Shown here in pieces: positions 39,721 through 52,566 of a stretch of DNA of 64,000 nucleotides. Positions within the stretch are counted from its first letter, which is position 1; each line of letters begins with the position of its first letter. The DNA comes from Octopus sinensis (lineage: Eukaryota). The stretch is taken from positions 60,822,001 to 60,886,000 of the forward strand of contig NC_043003.1 of the NCBI RefSeq assembly GCF_006345805.1, in the 5' to 3' direction. Both the position numbers and the translations under genes were made by a program. Below the pieces are notes generated by a model that did no database searches, was not told the origin of the DNA, and was given only the letters and a program-made list of their open reading frames with translations.

Positions 39721-39989
39721 GATGCGCTTTAATCATAAACCATTATGTTTAAATAAAAGTAGAGCAGCGGATTAATTGAATCCGTTAACTGTCTGTGAAA
39801 ATCTCTTTCGGTATTAGTTTCGGCTCTTTACGTTCTGAGATCAAATCCCGTTGCGATCAACATTGCTTTTCATTTCTCTGGGAGTTGATAAAATTACGTA
39901 TTAGTCAAATTCTGGCGAGTAGTTAATACGCTTCACGGTATTCATTGGCCTTGTACCTAAGTTAGGAACAATAAAACCTTAGAAAAATA

Positions 39990-40240
39990 ACATGTTTTAC
40001 ATTATTTACATTTGACGGATATTTGTCCTCATCTTGTTTGTTGTCAGCACAAAGTTTCGGTCGATATACCCTACAGCCTTCATCAGGTGTCTTGGGGAAG
40101 TTTCGAATCCGAATTCTCATTCCTAAGGTACTTTTCGATGTTATTATTATTCAGGTCACTGCCTGGAATCGAACTCGGAATGTTGGGGTTAGTAGCCCGC
40201 GCTCTTAACCATTACCCCAAATGATATTATAGTAGAATCA
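39990..40240 (-). mobile_element. Chimeric element: tRNA-like Pol III head + (AAT)n + hammerhead-bearing PLE-type tail
   Basis: A-box TGGGGTAATGG (40219-40209), B-box GTTCGATTC (40174-40166), then GACAC CTGATGA AGGCTG..CGACC GAAA (40091-40055). Confidence 0.7.
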
Positions 40241-40502
40241 TTATTTTTCAGAGTAATTTGAATCTTTTTTTTTACTTATGTCTGTCATTGGACAGCGGCC
40301 ATGCTGGAGCACCTTCTTGAAGGGGTTTTAGTGGATCAAGTCGATCCCAGTAATTATTTTAAAGTCTGGTACTTATTTCATCGCCTACGTTTCCCAAACT
40401 GCTAGGTTGCAGGTCGGAAACAAATCAACACCAGTTGCCAGGTGATAGTGGGAAAAGCACAGATGCAAAGACATACAAAGACATAAACACACACACATAC
40501 AC

Positions 40503-40540
<38 letters not shown>

Positions 40541-40701
40541 GCACACACACACACATACATACATATATATATACTTTAAATATAAGGATAAATTTATCAG
40601 TACCTAGCATATTAAAATACCTTTCAAGGTGAAAATTATGAACGATTATAATCAATACACGCGCACACACACACACACAAACACACTCATACACACACAC
40701 A

Positions 40702-40732
<31 letters not shown>

Positions 40733-40904
40733 CAGAACAGGCTTCCATATAGTTTCCGTCAACAAAATTCACTGTCAAGACATTAGTCGGTCAGGAGCTA
40801 TAGTAGAAGACATTTGTTCAAAGTTCCGCACAGAGGGGATTGAACATGGAAGTACGTGGTTGTTAAGCAACATCTTAACCACATCCCTATAGCTGCTGCT
40901 ATAG

Positions 40905-41285
40905 ATGGCACTCTGTCGGTTACGATGACGAGGGTTCCAGTTGATCCGATCAACGGAACAGCCTGCTCGTGAAATTAACGTGCAAGTGGCTGAGCATTCC
41001 ACAGACACGTGTACCCTTAACGTAGTTCTCGGGGAGATTCAGCGTGACACAGAGTGTGACAAGGCTGGCCCTTTGAAATACAGGTACAACAGAAACAGGA
41101 AGAAAGTGTGAGAGAAAGTTGTGGTGAAAGCGTACAGCAGGGTTCGCCACCATCCCCTGCCGGAGCCTTGTGGAACTTTATGTGTTTTCGCTCAAGAAAC
41201 ACTCACAACGCCCGGTCTGGGAATCGAAACCGCGATCCTACGACCGCCAGTCCGCTGCCCTAACTACTGGGCCATTGCATCTTCA
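40905..41285 (-). mobile_element. SINE family C, tail type 1
   Basis: Near-identical to 47227-47611 and 44385-44750. Confidence 0.85.
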
Positions 41286-42013
41286 TTGGGGCCACGTGCA
41301 TTAACCACTGGGCCACCTGCACTTATATATATACCGCATGAGTTCATACATTACTATACCTAGTAGTGAATCGGACAACACGCATCCGCTCCTCCACAAC
41401 GGTGAGCCGCAGGAAGATTATCCCACTGTATCTGTAAAAAAAAAAAAAAAGGCCAACTCTGTTTGGACAACCTCAAATTAGTTTGCCGTGAGGGAGAAGA
41501 GGAATCTTGTTTCGGGCAGAAACTTTCAATGGGGATTAATGTCAAAGCATTCTTTCCTGGGAAAAGTGAATTTACTCAATTTTGTCAGCTTTGTCTACTT
41601 AGTATTTGCCAAGTAAGATCATCACAGATTTAATCCACCTATTCTTGCAAATAAAAGAGATAAAACATTTAAGTCACCGCCAAAAAAAAAAAGCTATTAA
41701 ACCACGAAAGAGCTATTTTAGACGTTAAAAAAACACACACATAAACTGTTATATTTATTTTAGATTTATTTAATGAAGTATTCAAAATACTTGGCGCACC
41801 ATAGAGGCCTGTGCAGTGACAGTGGTACTGTTCCACTGCATGTATATGAAACTCACATACTAGTGATTTCTCACGTGTCCCGCGGTTCTCTAAAATGAAA
41901 TTTTATAGTAAATGTTTATAGAATTTGTCTAATGCATCTTTAGGTAATGTAAAGAATATGTGAATGAAATATTGATTTACAAATCATAAAACCAATCAAA
42001 TTTTCTGTAACAG

Positions 42014-42176
42014 GTTTGATCACCCAAACATCCTTGCTGGCGCAGGAACTATGGGATTAGAAATTGTCGAGCAAGTTCCTGATATGGATTGTTGCATCAT
42101 TCCAATTGGAGGTGGAGGTCTAATAGCCGGAAGTGCTGTAGCCATCAAATTTCTAATGCCTAAATGTAAAATCATT
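42014..42176 (+). CDS. Ammonia-lyase coding exon 6
   Basis: AACAG|G+FDHPNILAGAGTMGLEIVEQVPDMDCCIIPIGGGGLIAG...KII|GTAAGT; tetraglycine phosphate-binding loop. Confidence 0.96.
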
Positions 42177-43089
42177 GTAAGTAGTAAATTTATTCTTTCG
42201 CCTTTTCTATGTCGATCCCTTCTTAGGTTCATTTTTCTTTAATTTCCATTTCAGTGAAGTTTCTTTAAAAAATGGCTGGTAGTAAGGCCTTGGTTCAGAA
42301 GTTCCAAGGTTTCGAGAAGTGTGTAACCACCGCTTTTCCACTGCTGTTCCCAGGTTTATTCTAACCCGGAGAAGTATCACCTATCAGGGTGGTAGTTGTG
42401 GTTTAAAAAGCATGTAACCACCTGGGCCAGGATACGTTGAAATAATAGGATATAGCATGGATGGATATGAACTATTTCGGCAGATAAACTTATTGAGTAA
42501 ATGATGCATATCTTTAGATGCTGAGCAGATAAACTGACAACGAACTGTCAAGATTAAACAGTTCAGTCAACAAACTTCTGCTATTGTCTGGAGTGATGAC
42601 GTCAACAGATGAGATATTTCAGTAATAAAAAAAAACATGTTTTATTGGTCAGGGCAAATCACCCGATTTCGTTAAAAGTTTCTCTTATTCTCTCATTCTC
42701 TTATTCTCCCTCCTGGCTTTCTTTGAAAATATGCCACAACAAACAAATAATCCGAATTCCATCAATTTTTCTATATCTACACACCCTTATTTTGTCTTAT
42801 ATATAAATCCACCACTAGCAAATTTTATAATCAGCTATTCTCTGCGTACACACACACACACACCATGTATGTATGTATGTATGTGTGTATGTATGTATAT
42901 ATATAATATATATTATATAATATATATATATATATATGCTTTCGGTATGGTAAATGCGTTCAACAAAAATTTAGATTTAGATGAATATGGTACTTAAGTT
43001 GAGGCACCAGAATTTAGTACGGTATTATCCATACAGTTTCAAAATAAAGCGATTAAAATCAAAATAAGCAACAAGGATATCTAGAGGTA

Positions 43090-43178
43090 ATGCAGTACGA
43101 TCGTTTCATGCAACTCCATTTAATTGAACAATGTAATCATTACATCAATTTAAAATGTAGAGCAATCTTCAGCTGCAC
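43090..43178 (-). ncRNA. Type-I hammerhead with intact core, antisense to the host gene
   Basis: GTGCAG CTGAAGA T TGC...GCA T GAAA CGATCG TA CTGCAT; 6-bp stem I, extended stem II. Confidence 0.75.
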
Positions 43179-44190
43179 AAAGACATAGAATTTAATTAAA
43201 TTAGAAAAGATGGACACATTAGTATAATTATACCTAAAATCTTCTAGAAGTTAAGGAGATAGACAAAGAACATTTTGTCTCTACTTCAGCAGAGAAGTTA
43301 CTAAAATTATCAAGAAGACTCTGCTTGCCACTGATAATTTCTTTCTTTCTTTTTTTTTCTTTATGAGGTTAGTTTTAATTTATAGACTAGTTTGTCAAAT
43401 CCCTTGTATATCTAAGGCTTAGAGAACAGAGGTCAGTGTCTGTTAGGGGTAGGGCTGAGGGAGTAGACGACATTCTAGTTAGTATAGTCATAAAAATCAA
43501 GATTTATTATAAGCAATATCATGAGGTTTAGTAAAGAAAAACTTAAAACAAGATGTTAGGTGATAATAAAGGGGGTCGCCCACTAGCAGACTATTGATAA
43601 TAAAACAGGGGAAGCCTTATCATGTGGTACTATAGTTAAATATTTTAAAGAATGTTGCTATGTATACAGTTAAAGCTTAGGGTTATTCAAAGGATTATTA
43701 AGAAGAATATTATAACAAAAGGATAGAAATTTATGAATACTTTTGAGTATATACCAATCTTTTTACCACAATAGACGGACGAAAGGAATTATCCAGATGA
43801 CTAAACCTCATGGTATTGCTTATAATAAATCTTGATTTTTTATGACTATACCAACTAGAATGTCTGTCTACTCCCTCAGCCCTACCCCTAACAGATACTG
43901 TCCTCTGTTCTCTCAGCCTTAGATATACAAGGGATTTAATAAACTAGTCTATAAATTAAAACTGACTCCATAAAGAAAAAAATCAATAGCAGGCAGCATC
44001 TTCTTGGTAATTTTAGTAACTTCTATGCTGAAGTAGAGACAACATGTTCTCCTTCAATTCTACTTCAATATCATTTGGCGTAATGGTTAAGAGCACGGGC
44101 TACAAACCCCAAGATTCCGAGTTCGATTCCAGAAGATTTTAGGTATACTAATGTATTATCTGTTCTAATTTAATTAAGTTCTATGTCTTC

Positions 44191-44279
44191 GTGCAGCTGA
44201 AAATTGCCCTACATTTTAAATTGATGTAATGGTTGCATTGTTCAATTAAATGGAGTTACATGAAACGATCGTACTGCAT
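44191..44279 (+). ncRNA. Hammerhead copy with a G8>A core mutation (probably inactive)
   Basis: GTGCAG CTGAAAA TTGC...ACAT GAAA CGATCG TA CTGCAT; substitution at 44202. Confidence 0.65.
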
Positions 44280-44324
44280 TACATCTGAATATCCTTGTTA
44301 CTTATTTTGATATATATATATATA

Positions 44325-44368
<44 letters not shown>

Positions 44369-44384
44369 CTATATATATTTATAT

Positions 44385-44750
44385 GGAGGCACAATGGCCC
44401 AGTGGTTAGGGCAGCGTACTCGCGATCATATGATCGCGGTTTCCCGGGCATTGTGGGGTTTATTGAGCATAAACACATAAAGCTCCACGAGGCCCCGGCA
44501 GGGGGTGGGTGGGGGACCCTCCTGTATTCTTTCACCACAGTTTTCTCTCGCCCTTTCTTCCCGTTTCTATTGTACATCAAAAGGCCAGCCTTGTCACACT
44601 CTGTGCCACGCTGAATCTCCCCCGAGAACTACGTTAAGGGTACACGTGTCTGTGGAGTGCTCTGTCACTTGCACGTTAATTTCACGAGCTGGCTGTTCTG
44701 TTGATCGGATCAACTGGAACCCTCGTCGTCGTAACCGACGGAGAACCACA
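44385..44750 (+). mobile_element. SINE family C, tail type 1
   Basis: Head plus CAACTGGAACCCTCGTCGTCGTAACCGACGG tail. Confidence 0.85.
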
Positions 44751-44790
44751 ATATTTGATCAAGATTTAACCAAAGCTATACTCTTATTAT

Positions 44791-45109
44791 GTGGAGGCGC
44801 AATGGCCCAGTGGTTAGGGCAGCGGACTCGCGGTCGGAGGATCGCGGCTTCGATTCCCAGTCCGGACGTTGTGTGTGTTTATTGAGCGAAAACACGTAAA
44901 AGCTCCACACGGCTCCGGCAGGAGGTGAGGGTGGCGACCCCTGTTGTACTCTTTCGCCACAACTTTATCTCACTCTCTCTTCCTGTTTCTTGAGTAACGC
45001 TGCGATGGACTGGCGTCCCGTCCAGCTGGGGGGAACACATACGCCACAGAAACCGGGAAACCGGGCCCATGATCCTGGCTAGGTTTGATAGGGGCGACGT
45101 TTATCGTCT
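44791..45109 (+). mobile_element. SINE family C, tail type 3, with a target-site duplication
   Basis: TATACTCTTA(T/C)TAT flanks at 44777-44790 and 45110-45123; GAAACCGGGAAACCGGGCCC tail also seen at about 51535-51830. Confidence 0.85.
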
Positions 45110-45428
45110 TATACTCTTACTATATATTCTATGTGTGCTTCCCCACATCCGTGTGTATGCCTGTATGAAATTATTTATAATATAGACTAAATGATAACTG
45201 AAAACTAGGAAGTAATCGCATAAGAATACAAATGTATGTATTTCTGTAAATACCATTATATTTCTATTTCAAATATACATCGTTCTATTGCCTCTTGATA
45301 GTTTTAAAGCGAAAATAAGGTATTTGGTAAACAAAGACGAAATGTCGTAAACCTAAAAATTTTTCTTTTGGGAGTTAACATCTTTAGACTGCACACACAC
45401 ACACGCTTACACACACTCTCTCACACAC

Positions 45429-45429
<1 letters not shown>

Positions 45430-45527
<98 letters not shown>

Positions 45528-45630
45528 ATATATATATATATATATCTATATATATATATATATATATCATATATATATATAGATATATATATATATATAC
45601 ATACATATATCATACATATATATATAATAT

Positions 45631-45677
<47 letters not shown>

Positions 45678-45809
45678 TACATATATATATATATAGATAT
45701 ATATAGATATATATATATATACATACATACATATATCATATATATATATATATCTATATATATATATATATATATATACATACATACATACATATATCAT
45801 ACATATATA

Positions 45810-45879
<70 letters not shown>

Positions 45880-45893
45880 TACATACATATATC

Positions 45894-45928
<35 letters not shown>

Positions 45929-45941
45929 TACATACATATAT

Positions 45942-45985
<44 letters not shown>

Positions 45986-46017
45986 CATACATATATCATA
46001 CATATATATATATATAT

Positions 46018-46072
<55 letters not shown>

Positions 46073-46210
46073 TACATACATATATCATACATATATATAT
46101 ATATTATATATATATATATATATATATGATCGTATGCACACTCACGCACACACATGTATCTATACATATACATTCTCATATATATATGTATATATATATA
46201 TATATATATA
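45430..46210. repeat. Long compound (TA)n/(TACA)n tract
   Basis: Directly visible. Confidence 0.95.
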
Positions 46211-47226
46211 ATACATATGACTTATGAGAATACACTGGAGGAATTTGTTGTCATTCCTCTTTCCAGAACCATCCATCAACTCAAGTAGCTGTGATCCTTC
46301 ATATATAAGATTACCTTTAGGTAAAAGCCCGGACAATCAGTTTATCAGTTAATAACTGAAATTACTTAACCATGTATAAGAAGAAATGGCATTGAAATAA
46401 TTATTGATTTATTTCACTCAGTAACACACACTTTCACAATATCCTTCGAAAAAGATAATTTCTTTTGAAATTTTATGGTTCCTGAAGCGTTTGAATCTTC
46501 AGAATGGATAAAACCCTTAGAGACTCTACTGAATGTGCTATTTTAGAAGGGAACACCTTTGAAAATCATATTCCTTGTTATACACTTTCCAGCTCTTCTA
46601 CCCTGAGAATTCCTATCATTTTTATGATTACGTAAATAAGTAAAGAAACTTAACTATACAATGGAATCAAAGACAGAATTTATCACTGATATGATTTTGC
46701 TCCTGGGACAATAACATTTTTAACGCTTTCGCACATCTTAATACCCTGTATATCATCTTCCTTATTCTTATATCAGAAAAGTGCATATAAATGGTCCTGA
46801 ATCCACAGTTTCAGGGAGCTAACTACAATAGATGCCTCTTTGGTCAGCGTGTTCTGGAAGGGATATATTTATTCATCAGTCACTTATCTTGCGAACATCA
46901 TATATGATATGGATATTGTATTCGTAATAGCATTTGCTTTGAATTTCGTTCAACGGCTAATCCGTTTTACAAATTATATAAATGCGTGTATAACAGATTA
47001 TATCTTCGATTTTCTTCCATAGAAAAGATAGCATTTGTTCAAAGCATTTCTTTTATAGACTTGAACAGATAAATATGTAGCTGTTATATAGTTGACCGAG
47101 GAACCAGTGTAGCAGCTAAATATCTCTACAGCCTCTGAAGTAAGGCCAGCGTAATAAAGTTATTCCTTGAGACAGAATGTTTTAGTTGTTCAAGCAGAGT
47201 TGATTTACGATAGCTAACAATATAAT

Positions 47227-47611
47227 GGATGGTTGCACTCCGTCGGCTACGCCGACGAGGGTTCTGGTTGATCCGAATCAACGGAACAGCCTGCTCGTGA
47301 AATTAACGTGTAAGTGGCTGAGCACTCCACAGACACGTGTACCCTTAACGTAGTTCTCGGGGATATTCAGCGTGACACAGAAAGTGACAAGGCCGGCCTT
47401 TGAAATACAGGTACAACAGAAACAGGAAGTAAGAGTGAGAGAAAGTTGTGGTGAAAGAGCACAGCAGGGATCACCACCATCCCTGCCGGAGCCTCGTGGA
47501 GCTTTAGGTGTTTTCGCTCAATAAACACTCACAACGCCCGGTCTGGGAATCGAAACCGTGATCCTATGACCGCGAGTCCGCTGCCCTAACCACTGGGCCA
47601 TTGCGCCTCCA
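47227..47611 (-). mobile_element. Full-length SINE family C (tail type 1) with a perfect 13-bp TSD
   Basis: CTAACAATATAAT at 47214-47226 and 47612-47624. Confidence 0.9.
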
Positions 47612-48249
47612 CTAACAATATAATACGATGTTGCTGCCTCTTTTCACAATGTCATTTAAGTGACGCTGACTTTCACGAGTCCCAAGCTTAGCTGGCACCG
47701 GCAGACAGTTCCAGATATGGTCTCCTGTCTAAGATTAAGAAATTCCAGCTATGGGTAAATAAACTCACTACTTTGCCAGTCAGTCTAAGGAATACACCTT
47801 ATTTATAAATTTACAATGGAATCCTTAACGTGGTCAGGGGTTAGACTCTCTATTCTTTTCACAACTCCTGGAACCAAACTGGTGGCAAACGTAATGATCT
47901 GTACTCCTTTGGATCAAACTGGATTGACAAAAAAAAAAGGATTCTAACGTTTAGGTAAATAAGAATCATCACACTTCCAGACCTGACTTGTACTTTGGAA
48001 ACCCGAAGTAGTAATTGAAGTTAATATTCACTAGCAGGGTCGGTCACGCAAATATATAATTTATTATTTAGTCTTAAGCCAGCTTTAATTGTGCTTGTCT
48101 TGCTATTGATAGAAGTCATAAAATATCCTCGCAGCCCAACGTGCTCAGATTCTATTGGTGAAAATTTGATTTATTGCGCTAAAACCGTTCTTCACTCGTT
48201 AGGAGGAAGAAAAGCAACAACTTGGCCTTATTTCTGTAGTTGCAATGTA

Positions 48250-49060
48250 AAATCTGTATTTCAAATGATATTGTAACTACATTTCACACAAGCCTTGAAT
48301 TTCAAAAATAATCTTTATTTCTTCACCATTTTGTATGTCAATAGCGGTCCCTTCTAAAACAATTCATTTCTTCTATTTTGCATACAAATGCAAATTTTAC
48401 CCAGTAAAAAATCCTCATTTCAATGAAATTACTAATTTTTGTCTCAGAATCAATAGTTGTAAATATACACAGTAGATTCCCAAATTATTATCTGTAAATG
48501 ATAATAAAAGGCTTTCCATTTATGGAAACTGACAGAACCGCCTTCTCTCACGGTTTCGCTTGTCCAAATCAATATTATTTATAAGGCTTTTGACTGCATT
48601 CTTTGCGTGCATTAGATTCAACTTGCTTCCCTATATTTGTAAATTCAAGCTATTTATCTTGTCATACATATCAACCAAGTAAACCACATTTGAAATAATT
48701 AAGTAATGATTTATAGGTAAAAATTTCACAAAAGTAAAAATTCATCAATAGCTAGAAAAAGAGTTTCAAACAGAATCCTTCTGACAGGAATCAAACTTCA
48801 GAGTAAAGTAGATTTTCATTATTCCTTTCTCATAATTGATGGAACAGCCTCGTGCTTAAGGCCTGGGTTTTGATTTTATAAACAAATAATATTACAAAGT
48901 TCAACCTTGATAACAGCTTCTCACTAAAAGTTTTAAGGTGTTGCCGATGAATTATACAGTGGATTGCTAATTGATGAAACGCTTCTTTTTCATATATGAT
49001 TTCAAACCTGCTTGGACAACCTATCGTAGACTCGTGCACCTTCAGTTATGCACGAATTTA
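48250..49060 (-). mobile_element. hAT (Buster/Charlie-like) transposase relic
   Basis: IHCIIHRQHL, KIKTQALSTRLFHQL and YLVDMYDKINSLNLQI*G motifs, with stops and frameshifts. Confidence 0.8.
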
Positions 49061-49264
49061 CGCAGCGTTCGACTTCATAGAAATAGCAAATATGGAAAAG
49101 CATGGCTATATGATTCAAACATTCGCCAAGGGGTTTCGGGTTCAGACCCATTGCAGAACATTTTGGGCAAGTCGCATTTACTACAACTTCGGTCTTATCT
49201 GTACTTTGTGAGAGTTATTTGATAGTTAGAAACTGTGCGGAATCCCAATGTGTGTGCATTTTTA

Positions 49265-50402
49265 TACAGAGTGGTACAAAATTAGGCTGAAATTTACCAT
49301 TTATTCTATCACAAAGGATAGAGTTTTAACCTCGTGAATGTGCAAAGTATCTGTCCTCAACATTAACATATTCCTGGAGTCTGCCACCCACACTACGACA
49401 CGCAATAATGCACAGGTTTAGACTGATGTTGATTTCCTGACAGGCCTTCGTAATGAACCCGCATAGTTAAGGCAGAGTGCATGGCTTTCTTTCGTATGCC
49501 TTCTTTCGCAGCACTCTAGAAAAAAAGTAGAAGGGCGGAGATCTGGGGAACGAGGGCAGTCAATGCTACCACGTCGCCCACCCTAACTCCGCTGGGAACT
49601 TTGCACTGAAAAAATTACGCACATGAATTGCATAATGAAATGGTACCCTTTCTTGTTGGCATAACACACTACCAAGTTCGGGCGTAACCTGCATTGTGGA
49701 CACCTACTCCTAGCGCAACATGTCAAGGTAGTTGTCACCATTAACTGTTTTATCAAAAAAGAAAGGCCTAAAAACTCCTGAGCATGACAGACCAGCTCTC
49801 ACGGTGACACTAGGTTGTGTCAGGTATGAGTTTTCGTCGCAGTTATGCCTGTTGACATGATCTGACAACTTGAAACAGGCTTCGTCTGACCAAACAGTCT
49901 TATCAAGGAATCGCGGGATTTCACAAATCTTATTCAGTATGATTTCTACGAACTGCGTAGGACGATCTGGATAATCCTCTGTCAGGTGTTGCAGGAGTCT
50001 AGGTCGGTATGGCTTCAAGCTCAGTTTTATCATGAAACGACACAGGGACCTTCGTGCCCAACTAGCCGACGCTCGTCTGCTAAACGTCATAGGGTTATTT
50101 ACAAACGCCAATGCTACCTGCTTCTCATTTTCCTTAGTGGTAGCTCTCGTGGACGTCCGGATTTCGGGACGTTCTTTACTCAATCTGTCCCCTCGTATTT
50201 GTCTCATCTTGAAAGTCGATTATCATAACGGCAGATCAGTGTAGAAGGTTTCTTTCCCCTTCTGGTACACCATTTCTGCATTTTCAAATTTACAGTAATT
50301 TTTTAGGAATCACCTTTTCTCGTTATCTCTTGCCTTGCCCTCAGTTACGTCTCACAACCTGATAAAAAAAAGACAACTGTCAACCTATTTTTACACCATA
50401 CA
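49265..50402 (-). mobile_element. Tc1/mariner relic, rosa/DD41D-like
   Basis: LKPYRPRLLQHL, VWSDEACFKLSDHVNRHNC, PFFFDKTVNGDNYLDML; degenerate inverted ends TGGT..AAAA(T)TAGG. The subfamily call is tentative because the second D region is decayed. Confidence 0.75.
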
Positions 50403-52120
50403 TATGTATATATGTATGCATGTATGTATGTTTAAATGTATGTGTGTGTATTTGTGTGTATATACATACATATGTATAGGTGGTGGGTTAATGCGTATAT
50501 AACTGTCTCCGTTTCTTTCTTTACATTCACACCGCTTTAGAACAGTGCTATCTATGTCCCGTAAATTAACGACTGCACAAATAGATATCGATAAAATAAG
50601 CAACAGATAAATATAGGGTACTGGACTCAGTTTAATCGAGAATACCCATCAAAAGTTGTGCGCCGGTATGGCAGCACTGCAGTAATTAAAACCAACAAGA
50701 AACAAAACTAAAAATTTATTAACCTCAAACAAAACCTTACTCTGTTATTGGAAAAATGCATTGGATAAGGCAGCCCTGAGTATAAAAGCACAGATGGGTG
50801 GTCACAGCTAATTTATGGTTTGCACTATAAGGGCAGGTTAATATAAGTAACAACAACAATAACGCGGGTGCCCCTATACAAACATACTACTGTTGTTTTC
50901 TGGTACAAATTAGTGGTTATTCTGTTTAATATCACAATTTATGTTTAATATCTCCACTAATAGGCGCAGGAGAGACTGTGTGGTAAGTAGCTTGCTAACC
51001 AACCACATGGTTCCGGGTTCAGTCCCACTGCGTAGCATCTTGGACAAGTGTCTTCTGCTATAGCCCCGGGCCGACCAATGCCTTGTGAGTGGATTTGGTA
51101 GGCGGAAACTGAAAGAAGCCTGTCGTATATATGTATATATATATAAGTGTGTGTGTATATGTTTGTGTGTCTGTGTTTGTCCCCCTAGCATTGCTTGACA
51201 ACAATGCTGGTGTGTTTACGTCCCCATCACTTAGCGGTTCGGCAAAAGAGACCGATAGAATAAGTACTGGGCTTGCAAAGAATAAGTCCCGGGGTCGATT
51301 TGCTCGACTAAAGGCGGTGCTCCAGCATGGCCGCAGTCAAATGACTGAAACAAGTAAAAGAGTAAAAGAGTAAAGAGTAATCATTAATAATATGATTTAT
51401 GTTAGTATATTTCTCATTACAAACATCCAGCAACATCCAACGATAATATAGAACTCTTCGTTGTGTTGGACATTAATAGAATAGTCTATCGTCCAAGAAA
51501 TAAGAGATTGAAAATTTATCTAAACTATCTGGTGAAGGCACATGGCCTAGTGGTTAGAGCAGCGGACTCGCTGTTGAGGGATCGCGGGTTTGAATCTCAG
51601 ACCGCGCAATGTATGTGTTTATGAGCGAAACACCTAAGTTCCACGCGGCTCCAGCAGAAGGTAATGGCGAACTTCTGCTGACTCTTTCGCCACAACTTTC
51701 TCTCACTCTTTCCTTCTGCATCTTGCCGCTCACCCGCGACGAACCGGCGTCCCGTCCAGGTGGGGAACATATACGCCACGGAAACCGGGAAACCGGCCCT
51801 AACGAACCAGGCATGGCTCGAGAAGGAACAAACATCTAGTATAGATAAAACAATTCAGTTAATACAGTAAGGAAAATGTATAACATGGGAGATTGCGATG
51901 CTAAGAGATCTGTGAGTTAATAGGTAAAACGGTTCCCTTGAACGTAGTGGATATAGGAATCAAGCTATATCTATGACCCTCTTCATGTCTTTTGTCACAA
52001 ACATTTATTTATAATGTATAGTAAGTATTGTTTTTTCCTTTATTTGAAACTATAACTAAAATAGATATATTTTCTCAACGCACTTCTATTTTAATTCCTA
52101 AATTACTTTTAATCCGTCAG

Positions 52121-52211
52121 GGAGTGGAGTCTGAGAGTTGTGCCAGTTATTCAGCAGCCTTAGCGAATGGAAAGCCTATATTTACATCTCCAAATTCAAC
52201 TCTAGCTGATG
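52121..52211 (+). CDS. Ammonia-lyase coding exon 7
   Basis: GTCAG|GVESESCASYSAALANGKPIFTSPNSTLAD+G|GTATGT (phase 1). Confidence 0.94.
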
Positions 52212-52531
52212 GTATGTGTTAATGGAATTAATCAAATTGATACTGTATATTAAATGTGTTATTCAAACTTCTGTTAGGTTACAAATATTACTACAACGCA
52301 GTTAGTAACGTACATCTTGTATTAGTAAAATCCAAAATATAAGTTAACCTTTCTTGACTTCGATGTCCTTATGATGACTATTTTATAATTTCTATTCAGT
52401 AAGAAGAACTCCTCATCAGCCTCTGGGATTTTCAGATACCTGAATAAAATTATTCATACGCTACTTCTGATAACTACTTTTTCTCCTATTCGTCACCACT
52501 AACGCACTATCCCCCCACACGCTTTCATACA

Positions 52532-52566
<35 letters not shown>

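Larger units (their letters stand above)
43058..44311. repeat. Large foldback (about 450-475-bp arms, 267-bp spacer) with a hammerhead in each arm
   Basis: 43058-43532 matches the reverse complement of 43800-44311; the right arm carries an approximately 69-nt tRNA-like insertion. Confidence 0.9.
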
